A stretch of DNA of 62,621 bases from an uncultured Bacteroidales bacterium (GTDB lineage: Bacteria > Bacteroidota > Bacteroidia > Bacteroidales > JAFGXI01): assembly GCA_947311115.1 (NCBI GenBank), contig CAMZKE010000007.1, forward strand, positions 1 through 62,621, read 5' to 3'. Numbering within the stretch: position 1 is the first letter of the stretch; each line of letters starts with the position of its first letter. The position numbers and the translations under genes were made by a program. Below are positions 30,462 through 41,004 of the stretch, piece after piece. Under the pieces are notes generated by a model. The model was not told the origin of the DNA. It worked only from the letters and a program-made list of their open reading frames with translations, and ran no database searches.

Positions 30462-31448
30462 TTATTCTTGCTTACTCCAGTTAATAAGGGCTGTCATTCC
30501 CGGGCGTAAATCTTTAACTTTTTCAATAGGTTTTGCTTTTACCTCAAAAGTTTTCATATCGAAATCGCCGGTAGTTTTTGTAGCTTTCCAAGTAGCAAAA
30601 TCGCCTAAAGGATTAATATAATTTACCTTAACTTTTATTTCTTTGTTACTTAATGCAGGAATAAAAACAGTGAGTTCTTTATCCATTTTTATTTTGGTAA
30701 GATAATCCTCTCTAATATTAAATGTAAACCACACATCGTTTAAATCAACAATTGTAACTACAGGAAAGCCGGTATTTATAAGTTCGCCTTCTTGCGAAAT
30801 AATACTTGCAACTTCGCCATCTATAGGCGATTTAAGGTTTGCTTCGCTTAAATATGAATCTAATTCTTGGATAACACCTGATGCTTGGTCAACAAGAGCA
30901 TCAGCTCCCATTTTATCTTCGTATCTTGCTCCGTTGCGTGCCATATCGTATTGCGATTTCGCGGCACGTTGGGTTGCTTTTGCTGCTTTGTATTGTGCTG
31001 TTACTTCGTCGAGTTTTTGAGCAGGAACAACACCTTCGTCATATAGTTTTTTTACACGTTTATAAGTTTTTTCATATACCTCAACACCAGCTTTCGATTT
31101 TTCCCACATATCTTTAGCACCTCTTATTTGCTCTTCTCTTGCTCCGTTTGTTGCTTTAATGCTTTGCGATTCAGCTGCATTTCGTGCCGATTGAGCTTGA
31201 ACAAGCTTTGCATCTAATTCAGGTGTTCCTATTTGTATTAATGTATCTCCTTTTTTTACTTTTTGCCCCGGCGAAACAATTATTTTATCAATTCTGCCAG
31301 GTATTTTACTTGCGACTTTTATATTTTTTGCTTCAACTTCGCCTTGTAAAATAACATCAGGCGGATTAGCCATTAACCAACCTGCAATTATAACTATCGA
31401 CAATACTATTAGTGCCGCAATTCCAATTATAATATTTTTCGATTTCAT
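30462..31448 (-). CDS. HlyD family efflux periplasmic adaptor
   Basis: LQGEVEA...VASKIPGR, coiled coil, SPIDGEV, GDFATWKAT, LRPGM. Confidence 0.92.
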   Translation of the reverse strand: MKSKNIIIGIAALIVLSIVIIAGWLMANPPDVILQGEVEAKNIKVASKIPGRIDKIIVSPGQKVKKGDTLIQIGTPELDAKLVQAQSARNAAESQSIKATNGAREEQIRGAKDMWEKSKAGVEVYEKTYKRVKKLYDEGVVPAQKLDEVTAQYKAAKATQRAAKSQYDMARNGARYEDKMGADALVDQASGVIQELDSYLSEANLKSPIDGEVASIISQEGELINTGFPVVTIVDLNDVWFTFNIREDYLTKIKMDKELTVFIPALSNKEIKVKVNYINPLGDFATWKATKTTGDFDMKTFEVKAKPIEKVKDLRPGMTALINWSKQE

Positions 31449-31482
31449 ATTTTGTTTCTTTAAAGTGAGTTATAGTTTAATT

Positions 31483-32865
31483 TTACTCAAAATCTTCTTT
31501 TTCTCTGTCTGCACGTTTGCTATACTCTAAAAATAAATCTGATTTACCTGAAAATTCTAATAATTTAGCTAAAGTGTAAACATAATCGTTCATTATTTTT
31601 AATCTTCCAACTTTTACTTTGTTTAGGGTTATTTCTGCATCAACCAAATCTTTTGAAGTAGCAAAGCCTTCGGCAAAAGCTTTTTGTTGTACTCGCAAAT
31701 ATTCTTTTGCAAAATTATATGTTGTTGTCATAGTTTTAAGTTGCTCAACATAGGATTGCATTTCGTTATAAAGTTTATTAATGTATGTTGATATATCTGC
31801 CATTGCTTTACTTTGTATATAGTTAACTCTATCAATAGTAGCTTTGGCTGCTTGGGCTTTATATGTTCTTGCAGCACCATCAAAAATAGTCCATCTTAAA
31901 TTTACACCAATAAACCATTCGGGTATTAAATGTGTTAATTGATATTGAGCCAGCTCTTTATTTCCAACAATAGCAATAGCAGGTAAATAATCGGCTCTTT
32001 TAATATTATAGTTTTGCTTTGCTAGTATTTTTTTCGATTCAACTTGTTTTAATAACGGATTATTTTCTCGAGCAGCTTGTTGAAAATACTCTACACTTTC
32101 AATATTTTTAACTAAAAACAGCTCGGAAACAACATCAACATCTGATGAGTCGGCTAATGTATTTTTTAAAGCGTCATTTACTGTATTTGCCTTATTTATA
32201 GCACTCTGTAAATCAGCCTTTGCTTGTGATACCGATATGTTTGCATATAATAACTGAGCTTTAGAAATCATACCATTTTCTTCTAATTTTTCGGCATTAT
32301 GCTTATGTAGAAGCATTGCATTATAAACATTTCGATATAACTCAACTGCTTTTTTTGCTAATCTGTATCCGTAATAACGCTGAACTAATTCGGTATTTAA
32401 TTCGTTTTGCGTTTGAACTATTTTATATTGTGCTTCGTTAATATTTGCATCCATAGCTCGGTTTGCTGCACGAATTTTACCTCCGTTAAATATTGGCCAA
32501 ATAAAATTAATATTAGCTGCGGCAAACTCCTCTTGTTGAAGAACTAAACTACTTGGCAACATTTTATTTGCAGGTATATTTGCAGCATTTCGATATGCAT
32601 CGGCAAAGCCACTAATATCTAAACCAACATCTTGGTCAAGTTTCATATACGATGCTGAAAATGATATTCTTGGCAAATATAATCCTCTTGTAGTTTTACG
32701 TTTATATTCATTCGATTTTTTTTCTGCTTCTGCACTTTTAAGTGCAAAATTATTATTATTCATTTGCGTTAAGGCTTGCTCAAATGTTAATTCCTTAACA
32801 TTTGATTGAGACATTAATTTTAAACTAAATAATAATAATAATATAAGTATGTTTATTGTTTTCAT
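31483..32865 (-). CDS. TolC family outer membrane protein
   Basis: Signal peptide, PIFNGGKI, WFIGVNLRWTIFDG; first gene of the efflux operon. Confidence 0.9.
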   Translation of the reverse strand: MKTINILILLLLFSLKLMSQSNVKELTFEQALTQMNNNNFALKSAEAEKKSNEYKRKTTRGLYLPRISFSASYMKLDQDVGLDISGFADAYRNAANIPANKMLPSSLVLQQEEFAAANINFIWPIFNGGKIRAANRAMDANINEAQYKIVQTQNELNTELVQRYYGYRLAKKAVELYRNVYNAMLLHKHNAEKLEENGMISKAQLLYANISVSQAKADLQSAINKANTVNDALKNTLADSSDVDVVSELFLVKNIESVEYFQQAARENNPLLKQVESKKILAKQNYNIKRADYLPAIAIVGNKELAQYQLTHLIPEWFIGVNLRWTIFDGAARTYKAQAAKATIDRVNYIQSKAMADISTYINKLYNEMQSYVEQLKTMTTTYNFAKEYLRVQQKAFAEGFATSKDLVDAEITLNKVKVGRLKIMNDYVYTLAKLLEFSGKSDLFLEYSKRADREKEDFE

Positions 32866-32874
32866 TTTTATAAA

Positions 32875-33471
32875 TTAAATATTGTATGCAATACCAAGTC
32901 TAATACCTATATAAGTTAACTTTTGCTCACCATAAGTGATATTATAACCACTTTTAAGCAACACTGACATATCTTTTGCAAACATATATGAAAGCCCAAT
33001 ATTTGGATAAATTCCAAACTCGTTATAATATTCTTTTCTAGTATCAGAGGTGTATTCTCCTATTTGTTTTTGCTTTTGTTCCATAAAATTACCGCCAAAA
33101 GCAAAACTTAAAATTACATTAAATTTCTTTTTATGAAAAAACGTATAATTTGCCGATAACATTAATGGGAAAGTATAATAGTTTATTTCGTAATCGTAAT
33201 CAAATATTGTTGTATTTGTATTTTTAAACTCTTCTTCAAATGAGTTTTTTGCTCTAAAAGAATTAAATCCAAAAAGTATTCCTCCACTAAGCCCGGTTTC
33301 TTTATAAAAATAATAAATTTCTGATATTACACCTATTCCGTTTTGGTAATTTTTAGAAAAATCTGTCGATTGTGGTAAACTATAATTTGCTGTAATATCC
33401 ATTTTAAATTGTGAAAATGAATTTGTTATGCTTAAAACAAAAACTGTTGTTATTATAAATATCTTATACAT
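32875..33471 (-). CDS. Small outer-membrane beta-barrel protein
   Basis: Signal peptide, amphipathic strands, C-terminal GIRLGIAYNI. Confidence 0.7.
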   Translation of the reverse strand: MYKIFIITTVFVLSITNSFSQFKMDITANYSLPQSTDFSKNYQNGIGVISEIYYFYKETGLSGGILFGFNSFRAKNSFEEEFKNTNTTIFDYDYEINYYTFPLMLSANYTFFHKKKFNVILSFAFGGNFMEQKQKQIGEYTSDTRKEYYNEFGIYPNIGLSYMFAKDMSVLLKSGYNITYGEQKLTYIGIRLGIAYNI

Positions 33472-33527
33472 AAATTTGATAGTAATAATTTATGCAAAAA
33501 TACATTATTATATTTTATTATTTAGAA

Positions 33528-34628
33528 TTATTTTAAGAAAAAGGCAACACTTATACCAAGATAGTTGCCAACAATATAACCTAAAATACCGATACTTATT
33601 CCCGGTATTAATAATGCTTTATTTTTAGTATAACCTATAATTAGTGGCACAAAAGCAGGCGAGCAAATTAATGAAACAGCTACAATTATAACAAAATCGA
33701 GTGGTATTTTAAATATTTTAGAAAGTAATAAATGTAAAAGAAATGTTGATAATAACACAGTAGCAACATAAGCTAAAACCCATAAACTATCAAGATTTAA
33801 CGTCGTTATATCCATCATTGATGAAACTCCGAAACTAAAAATAATTATAAATATATTACCTAAATTAAATGCAGATTCTTTGTTGTACGATTTTATAATA
33901 AAGGGAGTTATTATTGAAAAAGTTGTGATAAAAATAATAATTGCAACAGTTAAATTATTAGGAAACACAAAACTACTTATTGCATACGAAACTGCTACTA
34001 TCACTAAAGTAATTACAAATAAAAGTAAATAATTATATTTTGACTTTTCAAGTATCTTATCTTTACCCTTATGTATTTCTGATTTTATGATATTATTTCT
34101 GTTTAATATTTTCATTAATAATATTGCAAATAATAAAAATACAGCTGTAATTATCATATCTGATATTGTTAGCGTTAAAAATGTGTTAGTATCTAAAACT
34201 AATGCTGTTTGTATTGCCACCATATTTGGAGTACCACCGGTATATAAACCAAAAAGAATACCTGATATTTTCCAAAGCTCATTAATTTTATCCTGAAAAA
34301 GATAATAACTAAATAAAATAACAATAGTTAATGATATAAACCCCAATAATCCAACAATAATTGATTTACCTAATTGACTAAAAATATCTTTAATATTATT
34401 TGAAATGATTAGTAATGGCAATGCTAACAATGCTGAAGCATAAGTAACATTTTCTTTTATTGGTATAGCTAATTCTGTATCGAAATTAATAATAGAAAAC
34501 ATAACTCCTAAAATATAGGCTATTAGAACAGCACCAATATCTCTAATTATTTTAATTTTAGTTTGCGAATATGCTAAAATTAAAGGCACTGAGATTAGTA
34601 TTAAAAGTAGAAAAAGCTCACTTATCAT
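33528..34628 (-). CDS. DUF819 family membrane protein
   Basis: About 10 TM helices, GLYTGGTPNM, SPAFVP, GILGYIVGNYLG. Confidence 0.8.
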   Translation of the reverse strand: MISELFLLLILISVPLILAYSQTKIKIIRDIGAVLIAYILGVMFSIINFDTELAIPIKENVTYASALLALPLLIISNNIKDIFSQLGKSIIVGLLGFISLTIVILFSYYLFQDKINELWKISGILFGLYTGGTPNMVAIQTALVLDTNTFLTLTISDMIITAVFLLFAILLMKILNRNNIIKSEIHKGKDKILEKSKYNYLLLFVITLVIVAVSYAISSFVFPNNLTVAIIIFITTFSIITPFIIKSYNKESAFNLGNIFIIIFSFGVSSMMDITTLNLDSLWVLAYVATVLLSTFLLHLLLSKIFKIPLDFVIIVAVSLICSPAFVPLIIGYTKNKALLIPGISIGILGYIVGNYLGISVAFFLK

Positions 34629-34728
34629 AAAAAAAATGTAAATTTATTGGCTAAAGTAATATTTTATAATTATTTTCGTTAAATTAATCAAAACTTATTA
34701 TAAAAAATAAAGCATAAACTAACAACTG

Positions 34729-35511
34729 ATGGAAATAATAAGAAAAAGTATTTTTGTTCCTTGGGATTATACTGATAAAGCCAAACTTGCTTTTGAACAC
34801 GCCTATAATTTATCAAAAACATTTAATAAAGAAATTGTTCTTGTGAATGTAGTAGATAAAGAAAAATATGTGGCTGATGCTGTGCCGAAATTAAAAGATG
34901 AGGCTGATCGTCTTCAAGCAGAGAATAATCTTAATGTTAAATATATTGTTGCTGCCGGTAATTTATTTAAAACTATACCTTCAGTTGCAAAAGAAAAAGA
35001 TGCCGCATTAATTGTAATGGGAATGCACTCTAGTAAGCGTTCAATGAAAACAGTAATGGGTTCTGAAGTTCCGTTTTACCTTGTGCAAGACAAACCTAAA
35101 AGAGACCATATTGTTGATGTAGTTGTACCTATTGATACTAATGATAAAAATAGAGTGCAATTAAATTGGGTTATATATATAGCGAAACATTTTAAATGTA
35201 ATATTAATATAATAAAACCATTTATTAGCAACGATTCTAAAAACAGAAAAATGAAAGCAAATATGTTTTTTGCAAGAAGAGCATTAGATGGCAAAGATGT
35301 AGTTTATGGAATTAGAACATCAAAAAGAGAAGATAAATGGAATCATGCGGTAGCTAAATTTGCAAATGAAATAGATGCCGATTTAATATTTATTATGTCT
35401 CATGATTTTAAAAAATTTATGAAACGTATGGAAGGTGAAAACCTTAGAATCCCTATTATATGTATTAACCCTGCAACAGGGTTGACTCTGTTACCAGGTA
35501 AATTTGCATAA
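34729..35511 (+). CDS. Universal stress protein (tandem USP domains)
   Basis: IFVPWDYT..A..A..HA, A.LIVMG.H, second domain VVPID, ADLIFIM. Confidence 0.85.
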   Translation: MEIIRKSIFVPWDYTDKAKLAFEHAYNLSKTFNKEIVLVNVVDKEKYVADAVPKLKDEADRLQAENNLNVKYIVAAGNLFKTIPSVAKEKDAALIVMGMHSSKRSMKTVMGSEVPFYLVQDKPKRDHIVDVVVPIDTNDKNRVQLNWVIYIAKHFKCNINIIKPFISNDSKNRKMKANMFFARRALDGKDVVYGIRTSKREDKWNHAVAKFANEIDADLIFIMSHDFKKFMKRMEGENLRIPIICINPATGLTLLPGKFA

Positions 35512-35514
35512 AAT

Positions 35515-35549
35515 AAAAAAAGCTTGTCTTTCACAGACAAGCTTTTTTT
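35515..35549. terminator. Bidirectional terminator
   Basis: AAAAAAAGCTTGTCT-ttcac-AGACAAGCTTTTTTT between convergent genes. Confidence 0.9.
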
Positions 35550-35566
35550 ATAATTTGTATTAAACT

Positions 35567-36496
35567 TTAATTATTAAACTTATAAATTAGACCAACTGCA
35601 ATAGCCTCTTTAAATTGTGTTTTAGGTCCATAAGTTGGATTTCCATTAGCATCGTTAGGTCCAATAATATCTACATTATCATCGTATATTAAATGAGTTT
35701 TAATTGATGCATTAAGAAAGCTATTAACCTTCATTATCAATTCCACTTTCCAATCAACATCAACATTCTGAGGGTCTTCAAGATAGTTTGAGTATAAATC
35801 AAGCGTAGTTGAAAAATTAACATTTTTCGTAATTTCATGTTTAAACATAAATTTAAGATATGCACCAAGTTCTAATCTTGTTTTTTCTGCTGCAATTAAA
35901 TTACCATTTGCATCAATTTCTTCCTTTTGCACGCCAAATGCACCATACTTAGACAAAGTATCATCGTTTACAATAATGTATTTCATTGTTACAGGCGATA
36001 CGTATAACGACAAATTATCGTTAGGCTTATAATCCATACCAAGACCGGCTAAAATATAAGCAGGTGCCATAAAATCTGATATATATACGTTTTTATCTAC
36101 ATAATTATCGTAATCGTAACCTTTAGCAAATTGTGATTTAAAACTAGCTTGAGCAGTATAATACCAATTCTTTGAAGCTTTATGACCCAACTTTGTGCCT
36201 ATTTCAAGTAAATCATCTGATTTTTTTAAAACATCAGTACCTTGTTGCATCAAACCATACTCAAGATTCATATAGTTATCCCACGACCATTTATCTTTTT
36301 TGTAGTTTGCAAAAAGGTGCAAAAAGGTCATTCCTGCAATAGAGTTTTGACCACCTTGTGCCCAATTTGTAAATCCAACTTGCGATGTATTAAATCCTAC
36401 ATCACCACCTAAACTCCAATTCTTTGTAGAGTCTGTTTGAGAGTTTGCAATAATTGCTGTTATTGCTAAAATTAATGTAATAGAAAGTTTTCTCAT
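35567..36496 (-). CDS. DUF3078 family outer membrane protein
   Basis: Q..F.NW..GG.NS, K..D, F.SQF..GY.Y, F.APAY, LYSNYL..PQN.DVDW, QFKE. Confidence 0.85.
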   Translation of the reverse strand: MRKLSITLILAITAIIANSQTDSTKNWSLGGDVGFNTSQVGFTNWAQGGQNSIAGMTFLHLFANYKKDKWSWDNYMNLEYGLMQQGTDVLKKSDDLLEIGTKLGHKASKNWYYTAQASFKSQFAKGYDYDNYVDKNVYISDFMAPAYILAGLGMDYKPNDNLSLYVSPVTMKYIIVNDDTLSKYGAFGVQKEEIDANGNLIAAEKTRLELGAYLKFMFKHEITKNVNFSTTLDLYSNYLEDPQNVDVDWKVELIMKVNSFLNASIKTHLIYDDNVDIIGPNDANGNPTYGPKTQFKEAIAVGLIYKFNN

Positions 36497-36519
36497 TATA
36501 TATATATATTTATTAAAAG

Positions 36520-37338
36520 TTATTTTTGAATATGAACATCCATTTGTGGAAATGGAATATTAATACCTTGTGCGTTAAATTGCTTATATACTTCTTCCAT
36601 TGTATCAAAATGCACATCCCAATAATCGGCGGCATTAACCCATAAACGTGTTGTTATGTTTACTGAACTGTCAGCCATCTCTCCCATTCTAACGAACGGT
36701 TCAGGGTCTTTTAATACTCTTTTATCGTTTTCTGCAATAGTCATTATTATCGATTTTGCTTTATCTAAGTCATCACCATAAGCAATACCAAAAACAAAAT
36801 CTACCCTTCTGGTTTCTTGTGTTGAAAAATTTGTCATTGAGCTTGTTGAAAGCCCTCCGTTAGGAATAATAATGGTTTTATTATCAACTGTTGTAATAAT
36901 TGTATTAAAAATTTGTATTTCGGCAACAACGCCCATATAACCTTGCGCTTCAATAAAATCGCCTGCTTTAAATGGTTTAAAAATTAATATCATTACTCCA
37001 CCTGCAAAATTTTGTAGTGTTCCTGATAAAGCCATACCAATGGCTAAACCCGCAGCACCGAGTATTGCAATAAACGATGTCATTTCAATACCAACCATAC
37101 CCATAACACTAATGACCAACAGTGCTTTAAAAATGGTTCCTATTAAAGATGTTAAAAAAGGACGGAGAGAAGGATCAACTTTTCTTTTCTCCATTAGTTT
37201 TGAAATTGATTTTGTAACTTTTTTAACTATCCATAAACCTATAACTAATACTACTATTGCACCAATAACTTTTGGTCCAAAATCTACAGCAAAATCTATT
37301 GCTTTGTCATATAAATGACTAAAATTACTTACATCCAT
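36520..37338 (-). CDS. mscS: Small-conductance mechanosensitive channel
   Basis: GAAGLAIGMALSGTLQNFAGG, KPFKAGD, IPN, RRVD, IPFPQMDVH. Confidence 0.92.
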   Translation of the reverse strand: MDVSNFSHLYDKAIDFAVDFGPKVIGAIVVLVIGLWIVKKVTKSISKLMEKRKVDPSLRPFLTSLIGTIFKALLVISVMGMVGIEMTSFIAILGAAGLAIGMALSGTLQNFAGGVMILIFKPFKAGDFIEAQGYMGVVAEIQIFNTIITTVDNKTIIIPNGGLSTSSMTNFSTQETRRVDFVFGIAYGDDLDKAKSIIMTIAENDKRVLKDPEPFVRMGEMADSSVNITTRLWVNAADYWDVHFDTMEEVYKQFNAQGINIPFPQMDVHIQK

Positions 37339-37509
37339 TGTATTATGTTTTTTAAATTTTATGCAAATTTAATCTAAATAACAATAATTAAAAATATTTA
37401 TCTATATATTCCATTAATTAAGTATCTGATTACATTAATTAATGTTTGTTGTAGATTAATAAGCTGTAAATTAATGTAAAATAGATTAATTATAAATGCG
37501 AAACTTCAG

Positions 37510-38348
37510 TTATATAAATATTCTTTGTTTCTTAGGGGCTTTTTTTATAATTTTAAACTTTGGCTCTTCTTTAAGGTTAAAAAAGTATTTATTTAATTTG
37601 TCAGCTAAATATATTGCACGTGTAATGTTTTTATGCTTTATCCAAAGTTTATAACCATTTACAATGCCGTTAATTGTATTGTCAGTTGGTATATCAGGAT
37701 TTCGTTTTACGGTAAATTTTTTACGAATATTTGCATTTACTTTTTTTCTTTCAAAAGTTGCAATATATTTTCGCATTTTACCATCTTTAATTTCAAATGG
37801 AGCTACAGGAGCTTTTATTTTACGCCTACCATTTCCCCAATTTTCTCCTGTTTTTATTCGGTTTATTTGCATTTCTGAAACACCAAAATCTTTGCTGATT
37901 TGCCTTAATTTTACACCTTGTTTTATTAGTGCCTTTATTTGTTTAACATCTTCGTTTGTTAATTTACTCCAATTATGTTGTTTTGTTGTTATATATAAAT
38001 TTGTGTAATGTAATTTTTTTTATTTTCGTCTTTATAACCAACAGAATTTTTTTTATGATTAAAATTCTCATCAATAAAAGCAACTACCATTAAGTTAGAT
38101 ACTACCAAATTACGTAAACGTCCATTATTGTCTGTAATGCTTACTAACGCTTGACGTAATTTACCATTATGCTCTCTAAAATGAATTTTATTCTCTGAAA
38201 TATATGATTGTTCTTCTAATCTTTTTTGTTCTTTTGTGTTGCCGGGCTTAGGCTGAGTTCGGTATATTCTACCCGATTCGCTAATATGATATCGCTCAAA
38301 ACCTTTGATTTGTTTGCACAGTTCTTTGTTAATAATCTCTACTGACAT
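37510..38348 (-). pseudogene. NUMOD4 / degenerate HNH / HTH protein split by a -1 frameshift at an A8 tract
   Basis: ORF 37989-38348 (KQIKGFERYHISESGRI) joins ORF 37510-37872 after a -1 shift at 38014-38021, restoring DENKKNLHYTNL...SKLTNEDVKQIK...FGVSEMQINRIKTGENW. Confidence 0.75.
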
Positions 38349-38652
38349 TACTGTTATTATTTCGTTAGATTTTTTACAAATATATAATTTTATTTAAATT
38401 ATATATTGTTTTTTTTATGAAATGTATAGATGGTAATGTAAACATATATTATTGATAAGCTAAAGTATGTGCTTTTAAGTGTAGAAATTGCAAACCGTTT
38501 GCTGTACTCATATACAGTAGCTTGTATCGAGACCTTGTCTAAGAAAAAGAAAAACCTAAGAATAATGCTGGTTATGGCACAAAATATTACTTTTGTATTA
38601 ATTGTAGTAAAAAACAAGTTTTAATCGTTATATGTATTAAATATTTAAAGAA

Positions 38653-40791
38653 ATGAAAAAAATAATTTTACCAATATTGGCAATGGCACTTTTATTTGGG
38701 TGTAACACAGTCAAAAAACCTCAAGAAAAAATGTCGATAAATTATCCTGATGCAAAAAAAGTTGATACAGTTGATGTATATTTTGGTTATAAAGTAGCAG
38801 ACCCATATCGTTGGTTAGAAGATGATAATTCTGAAGAAACTAAAGCTTGGGTGAAAGCAGAAAATGAGGTAACTCAAAAATATTTATCACAAATACCTTT
38901 TGTTGATAAAGTAAAAGAACGCTTACGCAAACTTATGGATTATCCAAAACGCAGTGCTCCTTTTTATGATGGAGGAAAATATTTTTATTATAAAAACGAC
39001 GGTTTGCAAAACCAAAGTATTTTAATGGTTCAAGACAGTATTGAAACGCAAGCAAGAATGCTTTTAGACCCAAATAAACTTTCTAATGATGGTACTATTG
39101 CCCTTGCAAATATTGCAGTTTCAAACGATGGTAAATACTTAGTGTATTCTGTATCGAAAAGTGGCTCCGACTGGAACGAAATTTATGTGCGAGATATTGA
39201 AACTGCAAAAGATATTAATGAGCATATCGAATGGGTTAAGTTTTCTGGTATTTCGTGGTATAATAACGGTTTTTATTATAGTGGTTACGATGCGCCAAAA
39301 CAAGGAGAGGAGCTAACCGGAGCAAATAAATTTCATAAATTATATTATCATAAACTTGGAACACCACAAACCGATGATGTAATTGTTATGGAAAACAAGC
39401 AAGACCCATCGCTTATGTATGTTGGCTCGGTAACAGATGACAATAGATTTTTGGTAGTAAGCGAAGAAAAACTTGGCACACGAGGCAACAGAGTTTTAGT
39501 GAAAGATTTAACAAAAGAAAACTCGGAATTTATATACTTAAATGAAGGATATAAAAATCGTGTTTCGTTAAACCAAAATATTGGCGATGATTTATATATA
39601 TTTACAAATGATGGTGCATCTAATAACAAACTTATAAAAATAAACATTAATAGTTTAGAAAGCGTAACCGAAATAATACCTGAAAAAAAAGAAGTTTTAG
39701 ATGGTGTTTCATTTATAAATGGTAAAATTTTTGCCAATTATATGAAAGATGCTCATAACAAATTAGAGGCTTATGATTATACTGGTAAATACCTTTACGA
39801 CATAAAATTACCGGCAGTTGGTACTGTTAGCACTCCTAGTGGTAAAATAGACCAAAATATTGTTTTTTATACATTTACATCGTTCACATACCCATCTACA
39901 ATATATAAATATAATGTTTCAGAGAATAAATCGGAAGTTTATTATAAATCGAAAATAGATTTTAATACTGATGAATATGTTACAAAGCAAGTGTTTTACC
40001 CAAGTAAAGATGGCACAAAAATACCTATGTTTATTGTTCATAAAAAAGGGATTAAATTAGATGGAAACAATCCTACTTTACTATATGGTTATGGTGGTTT
40101 TAATATTAGTTTAACTCCAAGTTTTAGTGTAACTCGTTTAATTTTATTAGAAAATGGCGGTATTTTTGCAATGGCTAACCTACGCGGAGGTGGTGAATAT
40201 GGCGAAGAATGGCATCAGTCAGGCACAAAATTAAATAAGCAAAATGTTTTTGATGATTTTATAGCGGCTGGCGAATATTTAATAGAACAAGGTTATACCT
40301 CATCAGAAAAACTTGCTATTCAAGGTGGTTCAAATGGAGGTTTATTGGTAGGTGCTGTTACTAATCAACGCCCTGATTTAATGCGTGTAGCATTACCGGC
40401 TGTAGGAGTTATGGATATGTTGCGTTTTCATAAGTTTACAATTGGCTCAGCTTGGGTTTCAGATTACGGTTCAAGCGAAGAAAATGAAGAAGAGTTTAAA
40501 TATTTGCTCGCATATTCACCTTTGCATAATGTTAAGGATAGTATTGACTATCCGGCAATTATGGTAATGACAGCTGATCACGATGATAGAGTTGTTCCTG
40601 CACATTCATTTAAATATGCTGCTACTTTGCAAGCTAAGTATAAAGGTGATAATCCTGTATTAATCCGTATTGAAAGTAAAGCCGGACACGGTGCGGGTAA
40701 ACCTACCGAAAAAATTATTGAAGAATATGCTGATATTTATTCTTTCATGTTCTACAATATGGGATTAGAGCTTTATTCTGATAAAAAATAG
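38653..40791 (+). CDS. Prolyl oligopeptidase (S9A) lipoprotein
   Basis: Lipobox LFGC, DPYRWLED, YGYGGF, GGSNGG (Ser), DHDDRV (Asp), AGHG (His). Confidence 0.95.
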   Translation: MKKIILPILAMALLFGCNTVKKPQEKMSINYPDAKKVDTVDVYFGYKVADPYRWLEDDNSEETKAWVKAENEVTQKYLSQIPFVDKVKERLRKLMDYPKRSAPFYDGGKYFYYKNDGLQNQSILMVQDSIETQARMLLDPNKLSNDGTIALANIAVSNDGKYLVYSVSKSGSDWNEIYVRDIETAKDINEHIEWVKFSGISWYNNGFYYSGYDAPKQGEELTGANKFHKLYYHKLGTPQTDDVIVMENKQDPSLMYVGSVTDDNRFLVVSEEKLGTRGNRVLVKDLTKENSEFIYLNEGYKNRVSLNQNIGDDLYIFTNDGASNNKLIKININSLESVTEIIPEKKEVLDGVSFINGKIFANYMKDAHNKLEAYDYTGKYLYDIKLPAVGTVSTPSGKIDQNIVFYTFTSFTYPSTIYKYNVSENKSEVYYKSKIDFNTDEYVTKQVFYPSKDGTKIPMFIVHKKGIKLDGNNPTLLYGYGGFNISLTPSFSVTRLILLENGGIFAMANLRGGGEYGEEWHQSGTKLNKQNVFDDFIAAGEYLIEQGYTSSEKLAIQGGSNGGLLVGAVTNQRPDLMRVALPAVGVMDMLRFHKFTIGSAWVSDYGSSEENEEEFKYLLAYSPLHNVKDSIDYPAIMVMTADHDDRVVPAHSFKYAATLQAKYKGDNPVLIRIESKAGHGAGKPTEKIIEEYADIYSFMFYNMGLELYSDKK

Positions 40792-41004
40792 TTAAACACT
40801 TTTAAAATATAGGGTTGTTTTGTAAGTAATGCTTGTTATTATTGTAGATTGTAACAATCTATTTTGTATTAAATTTATCTGATAAAGTTAAGTAGATTAA
40901 TAATGATAAACGTGTGATATGAGTGAGCTTATATGATGTAGTACTTAGCAAAGTGAAGTATTATTTTATATAAGGTTAAATATATACAGTGTTAAAATAA
41001 TTAT

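Noticed and set aside
28075-32865. Efflux operon lacking an ATPase gene
   Set aside because: TolC-HlyD-two-permease operons without a linked ATPase are a familiar arrangement in Bacteroidota, so not novel.
38399-38617. 72-aa intergenic ORF
   Set aside because: TTG start, low-complexity composition, no motif, and it overlaps likely promoter regions.
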